From positions 51,212,001-51,276,000 of the forward strand of contig NC_043014.1 of NCBI RefSeq assembly GCF_006345805.1: a DNA stretch of 64,000 nucleotides, in the 5' to 3' direction. A program made the position numbers and the translations under genes. Positions 36,541-49,405 of the stretch are shown here, in pieces. Each line of letters starts with the position of its first letter. The first letter of the stretch is position 1. The stretch is from Octopus sinensis. Taxonomy: Eukaryota. The notes under the pieces are model-generated. The model was not told where the DNA came from. It saw only the letters and a list, made by a program, of their open reading frames with translations, and ran no database searches.

Positions 36541-38035
36541 TCAGATTGATGATGATGATGATGATAATAATAATAATGATTATAATACTCATTTTCCACA
36601 GGGGCATCAAATGAAAGGGACCAAGTACAATTTACATTTAGTAATAATAATAATAGTACCAATATTAATAATGTTTTCATTGTTCTTAGTAATCTAGCTG
36701 AGTTTGTAAATATTTGAGTATATACTGGTGATGTCGGTAACATCAGGCGGTCGTTGATAAATTGCAGTTACAATTTAAATAAATAATTGTATTAGTAGCT
36801 ATATAGAATTGTCGACAACAGTATTTGCCTGCAGTTGTTTTGATTAGGTGTTGGAGTAGAAAATACACTCGCAAACAACATAAATAGCAGAGAAACGGTA
36901 AATTAAAAAGAAAACAAAAAAAGGAAATCATTTATCGTGTAAGAGACCATGTCAGCTTCATTTAGCGATTGCTTAATTAACGTTAATTTCTGTTGACAGT
37001 GCCACAAATTTGCATGTATGCATGTAGAATGTCGTAAATTTGTGTTACGTGTCTTCTTCACTATTCTAAAGAGAAGAAAAAAAGAACAGCGGAAAATTTC
37101 ACAATATTTCGTTGAATTTAATTGTGCATAGAAGTAAACATATTACCGGAACTCAAATGAAAAATAAATGACAATTAGTATAGTAAAAGCAATAATTTTA
37201 AGACGGATCGCAATTATTTCGCTTTAATTCTTTAAATGTTACCTCAGCGATGACATTTTCGCTAAAATTCTGATGTTTGAAGAGCGGTTTGTTTTCGTTC
37301 TTTAGCTAAAGATCAATTCCGAAAGAGAGAAGAAACATTGATCAAAAGATTTCTATCCACGACCTCTACGTCTTGTTTTCAAAACTGGTAACGAGAATAT
37401 TGGAAAATTGTTCCACATGTAGAATATGAAGCTTCTTAAAGACAAAGAAAAAACCAAAGAAGATCGTGTCATGACTTGACTTTTCCTTTCTAAAATGTTT
37501 CCACAGCGACAATATTGCTGTTAAAATCTTGTCTTAAAAGTCTTAAGTGGCATACGATAAAACGTTCCAAGGGCCGAGGAGTGTAAGATTTTTATGTCTG
37601 AAGTTGTGCTTGTTAATGTAGTTCTGTTTTTTTAGGCTGTTGTATAGACGTAGGTCAATTCTGAGAGATTAGATTAAAAGATCTTCACGTCAAGAATACG
37701 TTTTTTTTCAAGAATCGTGAAAATTTGTTCACATATACAACAGTGCGTGTGGATGTACGGCACACGCAGACATATACACATACACAAACACGCAGAGACG
37801 CAGACTCACCCATACATTTTATAAATCACATACAAAAAGTTATTATCGATCGGGAATGAGATCAACCCCAGTATTTATTTAGTCGGTTGGTACAGTATTA
37901 TCGATCTTGGGAAGATGAAAAACAAATTTTATTTGGCTGGAGATTTGAATTCAGATCTTTATGTGAGGTATCTAAACACTGCCGTGGTTGACGCCATAGC
38001 TCCACAGACTTTTCCATATAGACTACAGTTTTATA

Positions 38036-38432
38036 TCTTTATATATAAAAGAGAGGTTGTGGGCTGTCTGTCTCCTACGATTTACATTCCTAACTACTCC
38101 CACATTTTGCGGTGCAGTGTAACCAAAAGCAGGTATCTTATAGTCGTGATTCATATCGAGCCCTTCTGGGTATTAGCGCGCGTCTACGATGAGTCTACGA
38201 TTTAAAAAAAAATTACCATAAATTTTTCCCATATTTTAATGCATTTTTTTGCTATTATATAAGGGAAGTAACTCTCTAAAAATTTATTATTAAATCTCAG
38301 AACGTAAAAAGCTACAGTAACACCCCCTTTGTGGTTAGCCATATTGAGATGGCTATTATACTTTACATCTCTAAAAATGCTTATATAGTTATTTCCCTTA
38401 CAAACCCGAGCAACGCCGGGCGATACTGCTAG
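38036..38432 (+). mobile_element. Non-autonomous Helitron, 397 bp
   Basis: A|TC 5' start (TCTTTATATATAAAA), subterminal hairpin CCCG-AGCAACGC-CGGG (38405-38420), CTAG|T 3' end, no TSD; internal fragment also at 62500-62561. Confidence 0.85.
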
Positions 38433-38992
38433 TAAAATATAAACATCGACTCTTTGCCCTGTGGTTTCGTATCCTCCCTGGTCAAATTTGTCTTTCATCC
38501 TACCAGAATCCAGAAATAAATTGCCAGCCAAATCCCAAGGGAAGTGTAATTCAATCGGTTATACACTTCCCAGTCGCTACTCAGATTTGTGACCTTTTAT
38601 AAATTTTCGAAAATAATTTTATATTAATTTTGAAGTTTTTTACCCTTATTTCTACAGTTCAGAGCCAACACTGACTTGTGTAGAAAAACTTAAGAGATAA
38701 TCTTATAAACGAGAACATGGCATTGTTAACACAAAAACAAGGCACAATAATTGGTTTATTCTTTTACTTGTTTCAGCAAGGCCACTGCGGTCATGCTGGG
38801 GCACCTTTAATGTAGTTGATAGTATATTACGGTTGCGAAACGAAATACCGTATTGTTCCTCGTAATCAAATATGGAAGTAGGCATATGGAATGGATAAAT
38901 AAGAGCGTATACAATACAAAATTATTTATGATTACATATTGTAAAATCAAAGTGATAACAAAAGAATAAATGATTATCTTATGAACTCCATT

Positions 38993-39073
38993 AGCTTACA
39001 GCTGTTTCTGCTAAAAGATGCAGCTGACTTAGAGTTGAGCACAGGAATAACACCTTATATCTTCATCGGAGCC
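38993..39073 (-). ncRNA. Degenerate type I hammerhead ribozyme motif, Penelope-type
   Basis: GGCU-CCGAUGA-[long, poorly closed stem II]-GAAAC-AGCU-GUA-AGCU; palindromic stem III; U4 to C change. Confidence 0.5.
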
Positions 39074-39339
39074 TCACATATGAAGTACAACTTATGAATC
39101 TTATATTGCTGAACCGCTACGCTACGTGGATATAAAGAGATCATAGCTGGTAGTGAAGCGCCGGAGAGAGAAACAACACCCCACTACATACACACACACG
39201 CACGCACACAAACACACACACTCACACACACACACGTACGTGCACACGAATGGTTATATCCTGTTCAAATATGCTTGGTGCCATTCAATGTATTTTGTCT
39301 TTCTCGTTGAAGAGAAATGGAAACTGTGTGGAACCCCAT

Positions 39340-39375
<36 letters not shown>

Positions 39376-40564
39376 CATACAAATGTGTGTGTGTGTGAGT
39401 ATATATATATATTATATAGAGGGCATCATTACATATAGATGCTACATGTTAGGAGGGACTCTTAAAGTCAAAACTACTAAAATAAATAAACACATGTGTA
39501 ATAGTGCCCTCTATATAATATAAAAAAAATATATTTAAAAGAAAAAAAATTGTTTTTTTTTTCTCTTATGAGGTTTTTCACGCTAACTACTTGATAAATT
39601 CTTATGAAGATTTTATCCTATTTTTAAATCATATATATATATAAATACACATACATACATACACACAACAGTTTACTCACAAGTATGAGAAGATACGCTT
39701 CTCTCAGGTGTCGTGCAGTTCAACCGAACTCGAAGCAACCAGATCGCAAAGCGAGCTTTTTAACCGCACACCCTTGTATAAGAAAAAAATAAGAAAGAAA
39801 ACTTGGTAATCCTTGACGATAGCAAAGCTTTTCCTGCAAGTCTATCCAATACCTGAGATTTAGCATATCGTAGTAAAGTAATTAGGTTTTACATGCTGTA
39901 CATATGCATAAGTAGAAGAAAGTGCAGCGGGATATCTCAAAGAACATCTGCTTTCAACCAATACAATATACGAATAAAATAACGAAATAAAATATACATA
40001 AAAACCCAGAAAACATTCGCTATTATACGAAACAGAAGATTACATTTAAAAATACAAAAAATACAAAAATAAAAATGAAAGTAAAAATCGCAAGGAATTA
40101 AATAAAAGTTTGCAATGGTTCTAGATGGTTCTTTAGGAGGGTTATTAGTTTCAGTGACATCGAATATGTCAGTATGTACTTTTAGAGTTTTCGCGTTTCA
40201 TGATGGTACGCAGAAATGGTGAAGCCATGAACAGGTTCAGCTGTTGGCAACATTTGAAGAGATGAGTGAAACCTGATAACAATGCAACTGTTAGCTAAAT
40301 GCAGAAGAAAGAGTAGTTTTAGAAAAAGCCGAACAAAGAACCAAAAATGATAATGATAATAATAATAATAATAAATAGTTGTTGAAAAATTATAAGTTTC
40401 CACAAGGTGTAGTTTCGAAAACTAGGCGACGCAACTTTACACTTATAAAAGGAACACCTTAGTAGTAAAACATACGCACACACACACACTCTTATGCTTA
40501 CAAAAATATATACACGCATAAACACGAACGCTCGTTTACACATAGACATAAGCATCCTCACGCG

Positions 40565-40703
<139 letters not shown>

Positions 40704-41003
40704 AATGAAGAGAGAAATATTTCTAATTAACCTAATTGCAGAAAGGATCGCAGTGGAGGTGAGAGTTCTTTACTGCTTCTATATACACAATGTGTTCGCG
40801 TGTGTGTATGTATATATATATATATACTCAAAATAAGCAACAAGAATAACTCCGGTAATTTGGTACGATCGTTTCGCACTACATCATTTTATTAAATGTT
40901 GTACGTATTACAACAGTTTTAAAATGCTGAGTACTCATCAGCAATTTATAGAGGTTTTCAATTAATACAAAATTTTTATATCAAGTCGTAACATTATAGA
41001 GAA

Positions 41004-41065
<62 letters not shown>

Positions 41066-41192
41066 CATATTTTTTTCTGAATGTGTAAATGTGTATAGAA
41101 TATATCAGTTAAGTAAACAGGGTCTGGTTTTCACGTTTGTTATTATTGCAATTTAAAACAATTACATTTTTTATTGTAAAAGTACAATAATA

Positions 41193-41240
41193 AACAAGAG
41201 CACTCGGAGAGTGCAAACCTCTGCTAAGGCAACACCAACG
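41193..41240. mobile_element. Helentron/HINE-like terminal fragment
   Basis: AACAAGAG followed by hairpin GCACT-CGGAG-AGTGC and ACCTCTGCTAAGG, a pattern seen at Helentron-associated element ends. Confidence 0.4.
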
Positions 41241-41249
41241 CCCTAATCT

Positions 41250-42560
41250 TTTTATTACCCACCAAGGGGAGAACACAGAGGGGACAATACATTACATGTG
41301 GGGACACAAAACAGGGAAAAAATAGGACAAATTACGAGAAACATGAAATGACAAATAAAGTAATGAATCTACTCGGCCCAACTCAGAGTAACTTTATTTT
41401 TACCTTTAACTCTTTTTATACTTTTTTCCCGCTAAAATATCTACTCCATATTTTCCCAACAAATTTTCATAATACGAATGGTCTGGCAGTATATCCCTAT
41501 CTAATTCCACTTCCCAAACCATATATCCACTTTTATATCGAAATATTTTCTCTTTGTTCGTCTGTAGGAAACACAAAACAATATCAGTTTTTAATGTTAT
41601 CATAACATATTGTTTCTACTGATTTGTATTCTTCCCAAGATGATATCGCTCTACACAATTTTTCGTTTGAATCGGCATACATAATAATTGTGTATCTTTT
41701 ATTTTTTGTCTGGGAGGAGGGAATTTGAGAATTTTTATAAGTTTTTCCTGTATCAGAGGGAGATGGGAAGGTTTGGTGCCCGTAGGGGCAGGGTAGGATA
41801 AAGAGGGTGTGGGGTGGTTGCTTCTTTTATCGATGTTTTCCCATTCATTGTCCTTTTGTCCTGTTAGTATTTTTTCTTCTTCCCTATTCATTTGCTCCTC
41901 CTGTGGTTCCTTTTCCTGATCAGTGAAGGGCCGTCCGCTCTGATGGGACCCTTTAAACCACATTTAAAGTATCGAGGGATTCTGCATTCCACCCTCACTC
42001 TCAGTATCATGTCTTCAATTGTAACAATCTCTGTCATGTTTTCCAAATTTCCTTGTGATCCCTGAATGGGCACATCTAATGTTTGTCCTCTCCAATTGGT
42101 ATTTTCAGTCATAGTGCCGGGAAGTCTGCTATTTCATCCTCGTTACCGAGTACAGCAGCCGCCACCCAAACCACATCAATTTCAGGTGGTATCCCTTCTA
42201 CCCTAACACTGGAAGCTCGTCTTCCAAGGTATGTGGTTAGATGTACCACACTATCAGTTTGTAAAGGAGTTGCCGAGTTTCTGTCTTGCCTTGGCTGCCT
42301 CTCTGAAGCGAATCTTCACTGTACCAAACTTGCCTGTCTTGGCAAGATATGTAATATTTTGCCAGATAAGTTTCAAAGCTTTCTCTAGTTTATCTGTTGG
42401 CATAATTTTAATTTTCTTCACTTCTGTAGAATAAAGTTTATAAATGTCTTTCTGTTTTACCTTAAACTCAAGGATTATTTAATACTAATTGTATTGAACG
42501 CATTTTTGCTTTCAAGAATAGTTTTGCCAATGACTGCAAAGTTTCGGCCTACAACACTTC
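41250..42560 (-). mobile_element. Decayed Tx1/L1-clade ORF1 (gag-like, degenerate CCHC knuckle) followed directly by a 3' tail; no ORF2
   Basis: Frameshifted protein ...YLGRRASSVRVEGIPPEI...VRVECRIPRYFKCGLKGPIRADGP (knuckle-like)...KKYKKS-stop at 41406; tail TGTCCCCTCTGTGTTCTCCCCTTGGTGGGTAATAAAA at 41250-41288. Confidence 0.7.
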
Positions 42561-43549
42561 ATCAGACTTCTGTGTGTGTGTATGTAAGCATACATTACTC
42601 TTTCTGTATATTTTATAGTTACATACTCTATTTTTATTCACAATGCAGAAGTCAGTTTTCTAAGCGACCTCTTTGTAAGCCTGCGTGGTGAGACAACGAG
42701 ACGACCTTGTAAAGCAATGTTACATTTCTTCTTGTCCTGCTTTCTTACTTGGTTGCTGTAAGTTTAGCTCATTCATTGGAAAAAACACCCCATTGAACCT
42801 CCATGTGTTCCTTTTATTGAATCGATAGTTTCTTCTCATTAGCTTGAAGTAAAACAACTCATTTAATTATCTCTACCTCTTCTACCAAATGCTTATCAAA
42901 ATACCTTTTTTTTTTCCCGACTTGAAGTATTTTAATTTTAGATAATTAGAATGATGAATGTATTGAGCATTTAATAAAATTTTCCGTGGAGTTTTTAACT
43001 GCATTCTTAATATTATGATTGTAAATACACTTAACCTCACCCCAAATATATAAACCTCGGTTTCTTTCATCTTTCGGCAATCGATCGAATAAGTACAAAT
43101 CAATTTGAGGAGCCGATAGAAACAACTTTGTGAGTCAATCCCAATAAATGATGCCGAGCCAATTTTGAAATGAATATTTTATCCCGTAGGAATCTTGCTT
43201 TGATCTTCATAATTTTGTCGATATGCGAAACGTTTGATATGACACTGCCTTACAAACCATGCGCTAGACATGGCTTCAAAATATGAAAAGAACCAACGGG
43301 TAATGGCAGACGTAGTACCCCTTAGCTAATTAGCTCCACTATTTCTATTACTATTAATCTTTGAAATAAATTGCATGTCATCGGGCTAGTGGTGTGGTGG
43401 GGTGGTCCCTTGTTATTGTATATATGTTGTTGCTTAGATTTATTCCTGTCATGGTCGAGTAGCGAAATGCAGTTGAACACCAGGCTCCAAGAAATCGACT
43501 AAGCTTTTCTCAGCAAAATTTCGGACATTTTTGTCTCTTGTAGAAAGAG

Positions 43550-43875
43550 CTGATATTCTTTTCTACTCTAGGCACAAAGCCCGAAATATTTGAGGAGGGA
43601 ACCAGTCGATTAGCTCGACCCAGTACCCAAGTGGTACTTAATTTATCGACGCCGAAATGATGAACAGCAAAGTCGACCTCAGCGGAATTTGAACCCAGAA
43701 CATAAAGATACATATATACGACGGGCTTCTTTCAGTTTCCGTCTACCAAATCCACTCGCAAGGCTTTGGTCCATCCAAGGCTATAGTAGAAGACACTTGC
43801 CCAAAGTGCCACGCGATGGGACTGAACCCGGAACCATGTGGTTGGTAAGCAAGCTTCTTACCACACAGCCACTCT
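43550..43875 (-). mobile_element. Adjacent SINE family B (43550-43700) and family A 5' half (43706-43875)
   Basis: Matches to both consensus sequences. Confidence 0.85.
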
Positions 43876-43895
43876 TACTATTATTATTATTATTA

Positions 43896-43929
<34 letters not shown>

Positions 43930-44119
43930 ATTCCTGTTTTAAACTCTCAGTGCCAAATTATCCGCTCGTCTGCGTGCATTGCATAGATGCAGAAGTTTTC
44001 TTTGGTTTTCTGTGACTTGAATATGAAATTGTACTGGGAATATATTTTGCATAAGGCTTGTCGTATATATTTTTTTCCCTCTATTTTAGCTATGTATATA
44101 GACAGCTAAGTATGTACAA

Positions 44120-44160
<41 letters not shown>

Positions 44161-44195
44161 CTCTATGTAGACTGATTTGTGTGTGTATATATATA

Positions 44196-44320
44196 TGTTA
44201 GTATATATCTATATATATATATATCTGAGTAGGCAAGTTTGTAGGTGTATGTATATATATATATATATATGTTAGTATATATTTATATATATATCTGAGT
44301 AGGCAAGTTTGTAGGTGTAT
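44196..44320. repeat. Tandem duplication, ~70-74-bp period, within (TA)n
   Basis: GTTAGTATATAT...CTGAGTAGGCAAGTTTGTAGGTGTAT occurs twice. Confidence 0.9.
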
Positions 44321-44357
44321 ATATATATATGTATATGTATGTGTGTGTATATATGTA

Positions 44358-44408
<51 letters not shown>

Positions 44409-44776
44409 ATATATATGTCTGTGTGTGCAAGAATATATATAAGTATGTGTCAATAGGTGTCTAAATTGTGCAATGTTGCTTATGTGTTTGTCTGCATCTC
44501 GTATTTTTCGTACCATTCCCCAGACACCTATTAATATTTCCAGGATTATTCCTATATTTAATCTCCACATCGTTGATACATAACTACATTCCCGTTTCTT
44601 TCTTTCTTTCTTTCATTTTTATTCCCGTATTCTCTTCAGAATATTTGTTTCCATTTATTTTTGTTTCTTTTATCCGCCCCCCCCCACTACCCATACATTA
44701 TGTCTAATCTTTGATTACGATATATTTTTGTTTTGTTTCCCCCCCGATGGTCTGTCAGAAAAAACAAAACGCGTGG

Positions 44777-44819
44777 GCGACATATTTAATCTCCAAGTTT
44801 GGAGATTAAATATGTTCGC
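44777..44819. repeat. Perfect 17-bp inverted repeat with 2-nt spacer
   Basis: ACATATTTAATCTCCAA-GT-TTGGAGATTAAATATGT (44780-44815). Confidence 0.95.
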
Positions 44820-45426
44820 ATGTCTCCTCGTATTATCACCGTTGTCGCTCTCAGAGACCTCTTGTGGCGAATGCATGTACCATATCTTTACCATGGGGCT
44901 GATGCAATAACGGCACATTGGCCAGTTTACGCAACAACCAAACTTTGTTATATGTCTGTTTATATATTCTCTTCTGGGTAAGACTAGGAAAGCAGAGACA
45001 TTCTGTAGCTCCGCTTTTTTCATTTACATCCTCCGTTTTCTTTTTCTAGTTCCTGTGTTTCCTTCGTTGTTTATTTTAACAACTCACAGAATCCGTTACC
45101 TTTGCTTCTGTTTCATAACTCTTAGCTTCCTTTCCAACCAAAACGATTAGCGGTATTTATTTGCGTTTCATTTTTTTTCTGTTCTGTAAAAATTGTATTA
45201 GGGTTTGTTCTACGTTTCATTGGTCTACAGTTAACACGTTCGTTTCACGCTCACGCTGGCCCGTGTTCGACAAAGCTACGAGGTAGCATGACTAATTATT
45301 TTCTATTGTAAACAATAACTTGAAATTAGAATTCGACGTAAAAAAAAGCGTGCAAATATGGCGGATATGTGTGTGTGTGTGCCTGTGACAAAAACACCTG
45401 AGATTATCCATAATATTGTGTTTAAA

Positions 45427-45460
<34 letters not shown>

Positions 45461-45464
45461 CTCT

Positions 45465-45825
45465 TACTAATTTACTTGTTTCAGTCATTTGACTGCGGTC
45501 ATGCTGCATCACCGCCTTTAGTTGAGCAAATCGACCCCAGGACTTATTCTTTGTAAGCTTAGTACTTATTCTATCGGTCTCTTTTGCCGAACTGCTAAGT
45601 TTCGGGGACCTAAACACACCATCATCGGTTGTCAAGCGATGGATGGGGTGACAAACACAGACACACAAACACACATATAGATACATATGTATATATATTC
45701 TTCCAGTTTCCGTTTACCAAATCCACTCACAAGGCTTTGGTCGGCCCGAGGCTATTGTAGAAGACAGTACCCCAAGGTGGCATGCGGTTGGAAAGCAAAC
45801 TTCTTACCAGACAGCCACGCCTCCG
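45465..45825 (-). mobile_element. SINE family A, head partly deleted
   Basis: 3' half and CORE-like part match the consensus. Confidence 0.85.
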
Positions 45826-46539
45826 CCAATACACACACACGCACACAAACAATTATGTAAGATAATTTTTATAAATGGCTTCACGCTGACTTTAAAATTT
45901 CGTTATATAATTGATAAAAATGAATACTTTTACCCGCTACAAATTGATTGTTGTAACTCAAACACAGAGATACACCTAAGAATGAGCGTGTATGTTCCTA
46001 CATACATGTCATGTACATAAAGATGTTTATTCCTATATATATATATATATACACATATACCTACTTATGTATGCATGCATTCGTATGTGTGTGCATATAT
46101 ATATTATATATATATATATATACACACACACACCACACACACACATGTATATCATATCAGTGTGTGTATCCGTTTGTTTATCTCTTCCCCTCCGCTATCT
46201 CTCTCTCGCTTTCTCTTCCTGTCTGCGGTGTTAGTCTCAGAGCAATTAGGGCTTAGAACAACAAACCCCCATCGGAACGAATTAGAAGATAAAGTAAGCA
46301 GATGCGAGAACTTTCTCAGAGGCCGAACGAATTAAAACTAATTCTACAATGAATAACATTTACTGCTTCCGTTCAACCAACACAACACACATCCCCTTAC
46401 ACTCCATATTCAACGCATATCCCTTACATACGTGCAAGTACACACACACACACACACCGACATATCCGCAAACAGTTACATTTGCCCGCGTAATTTTGCG
46501 AATATATAAGTCTGTGTGTTTATATGCATATGTATATAT

Positions 46540-46880
46540 GGTGGTTGTCTACTCCTTGTACAGAGTTTGACCACTTCTTGTACCTACAGCTTAGATCCAT
46601 CATGGCGTCTGATGTGACTTTTAAAACGAGACAATGTATTGAAAAGTCACCCACGTAGATTGCATATCGAATTTGAACATCCAAGAGCTGCAGTTAAGTT
46701 CTTATCGTTGTGGATCTTAAAATGTCTTTTGAGGCCTCCATTAGATTTACAGAGCTTATGGCATTCACGGCATTTGAAACGGGTGTACAGATATATATAG
46801 GCAGAATAGTTGGTGGAGGTTCGTTTTTCATGGGTACGCAAATGAGATTTGAAGCCAGCGAAAGAAAGGCATACATATAT
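46540..46880 (-). mobile_element. LINE (RTE-like) ORF2 3' end with three C2H2-like zinc fingers and a short 3' UTR
   Basis: One frame: VCLSFAGFKSHLRTH...FKCRECHKLCKSNGGLKRHFKIH...ICNLRG*LFNTLSRFKSHIRRHDGSKL-stop (46584); 45-nt UTR, then microsatellite. Confidence 0.6.
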
Positions 46881-47372
46881 GTGTGTGTGTCTAACATTGT
46901 TAATATAAGGATTTCAAATTTAGGGTCAAGGTCAACAAGGTTATTGACAAAGGTAAGTCGATAATATCAACCACTGTGTTCGAATGGTGTTTATTTTATG
47001 GACACCAAAATGAATAAAAGCAAGTTGACCGGGGGAATTCGATATCTGTACGTAAAGATGGAGAAAATGGTGCAAATTATTTTGCTCGGCATGGTAGCGA
47101 TTCCGCCAGGTCACCGCCGTAGACATTGTAAATATGATGTGAAGAGGGCTTGATTTGTTAGAGAGAGAGTATAAGATATGGATTCATAGAATCGTGTTAT
47201 CGCAGTAGGCCCCTCAATCGAATACGGCTATCAGACCACACAGTAATGCAGTACACAGAAGTGCAATGTGGAATGTCCACGCACTTGAGACCCCGAACAT
47301 TCGATCAATGAAATTACTTGATGAGGAATACATAAACCATAAAACGTCAGGAAGTACGAGAGATATATTTAT

Positions 47373-47430
47373 TTAACCACTTGACGTGCTTAGGATTAAA
47401 GCTGTAATCATGAGGATGTCAAGTGGTTAA
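47373..47430. repeat. 58-bp hairpin flanked by TTAA: piggyBac-like mini-element or pre-miRNA-like stem-loop
   Basis: TTAACCACTTGACGTGCTTAGGATTA-AAGCTG-TAATCATGAGGATGTCAAGTGGTTAA; 26-bp stem with 2 G.U pairs and 2 mismatches. Confidence 0.8.
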
Positions 47431-47687
47431 ATATATTCGTTTCTGATACGTTGAGTTTTTTTATGATTGAAACAAATATATATATATATATATATTAATA
47501 TATATATACACACATACACACACACACAATTAAATTGAACTTATATAAGTGTCAAGCTTATAGTATTACTATAGTTGGGTGAGTTTAAATAGCTTGTCCT
47601 TGGTAATTGAGAACATGAAACTTATTGCTGGATTAGGCATTCTGTGTATATAAAATAGAATCTGTGTATGTGGGTGTGTGCATGTAT

Positions 47688-47718
<31 letters not shown>

Positions 47719-47972
47719 ATGGCTAAGGTCTTTAAATAAGAGTTTTTGACCTCAGCTATTCCACTAACAATATACTTTGAATCGACTAAAGGTGGTGCTA
47801 CAGCATGGCCACTGTCAAATGACTGAAACAAGTACAAGAGAAAAGTAATATGTACTGCTGTGCATCTTAAAGTAAGCTTCTTTCGGATTAAATTTTTTTT
47901 TACAAACGACGCACACACACATGTATACCGACACATGTGTACAGACAAACACACATATGTATATATATACAC

Positions 47973-48003
<31 letters not shown>

Positions 48004-48009
48004 CATACA

Positions 48010-48410
48010 GGCGCAGGAGTGGCTGTGTGGTAAGTAGCTTGCTAACCAACCACATGTTTCTGGGTTCAGTCCCACTGCGTGGCATCTTGGGCAAGTGTCT
48101 TCTGCTATAGCCCCGGGCCGACCAATGCCTTGTGAGTGGATTTGGTAGACGGAAACTGAAAGAAGCCTGTCGTATATATGTATATATATGTGTGTGTGTG
48201 TGTGTTTGCGTGTTTGTCCCCCTAGCATTGCTTGACGACCGATGCTGGTGTGTTTACGTCCCCGTCACTTAGCGGTTCGGCAAAAGAGACCGATAGAATA
48301 AGTACTGGGCTTACAAAGAATAAGTCCCGGGGTCGATTTGCTCGACTGAAGGCGGTGCTCCAGCATGGCCGCAGTCAAATGACTGAAACAAGTAAAAGAT
48401 AAAGAGAAAG
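48010..48410 (+). mobile_element. SINE family A, full length
   Basis: Near-consensus head, spacer and 3' half. Confidence 0.92.
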
Positions 48411-49122
48411 AGAATACACACACGTGTGTGTGTGTGTGTATTACGTGTATAGACATCGAAAATTACATATGCATAGATGGAGAGCATTATAAAGAGAACG
48501 TGTATTGAGCGGTGAAGCAAGAAGACGTGGACCGACGCTTAAGCCGAGACCTGTCTGCTGTCTCTATGCCGGCGAATTAGAATCGATGAACGGCTGATAG
48601 ACATCGGTGAAAGACCGAGACATGGCAGTTAATTACCGCAATAGCACATGCTATCTTCCTTCTTCTTCTTCTTCTTCTTCGTAGCATTGATCTTTACACT
48701 TGTACAGCGGAAAACTCGTTTAGTCGTACTCTCTGTCAAAGCCGACGGCAAGTAATTAGACTTGCATATATTAACTTGCAAACAGATAGGTATATAAACT
48801 CGGACCGACATATGAACTCTCATAAACATTACACGGCATTCATACCTACACTTTAAGATATGCTATATATATATGTACATTTGTGTCGGTATCTAAATAT
48901 GTATAGTTTTTGAAATCTAATCTCTCTGTTTCACAGTTTTCCATGATTCTCTCTCTCTCTCTCTCTCTCTCTCTAATCTTTCTCTCCAATCTCTCTCTCT
49001 CTCCAGCGTCTCTGTCTCTCTCCCTCACCAGCCTTTCTCTCCCCAGTCTCTGTGTGTCTCTCTCTAGTTTCTCTTCTCTCAGACTTGCTCTTTATCCTCT
49101 CTTCTAACTACCTACACGACTC

Positions 49123-49167
<45 letters not shown>

Positions 49168-49169
<2 letters not shown>

Positions 49170-49346
49170 TTGTTTCTCTCATTTTTTTCTGTAGAAAAGC
49201 GTAGGCTCGAAACGTAAAAGAAATTTTCTATTCCTAAGCGTTATACTAATACATCTGTTTGTTTTGTACACCACCTATCTTCGTCTTTTGTTTTTTTCGT
49301 AAACTCTCCTACACACACACACACCACACACACACACATATATATA

Positions 49347-49405
<59 letters not shown>

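Noticed and set aside
42530-42570. Minus-strand CTGATGA...GGCCGAAAC hammerhead-like motif
   Set aside because: Stem II does not pair, and the sequence falls within the decayed ORF1 reading frame; probably coincidental.
47257-47365. AMWNVHAL resembling the GTWNVRTL start of LINE AP endonucleases
   Set aside because: Only one short motif with no further endonuclease signature; too weak to call.
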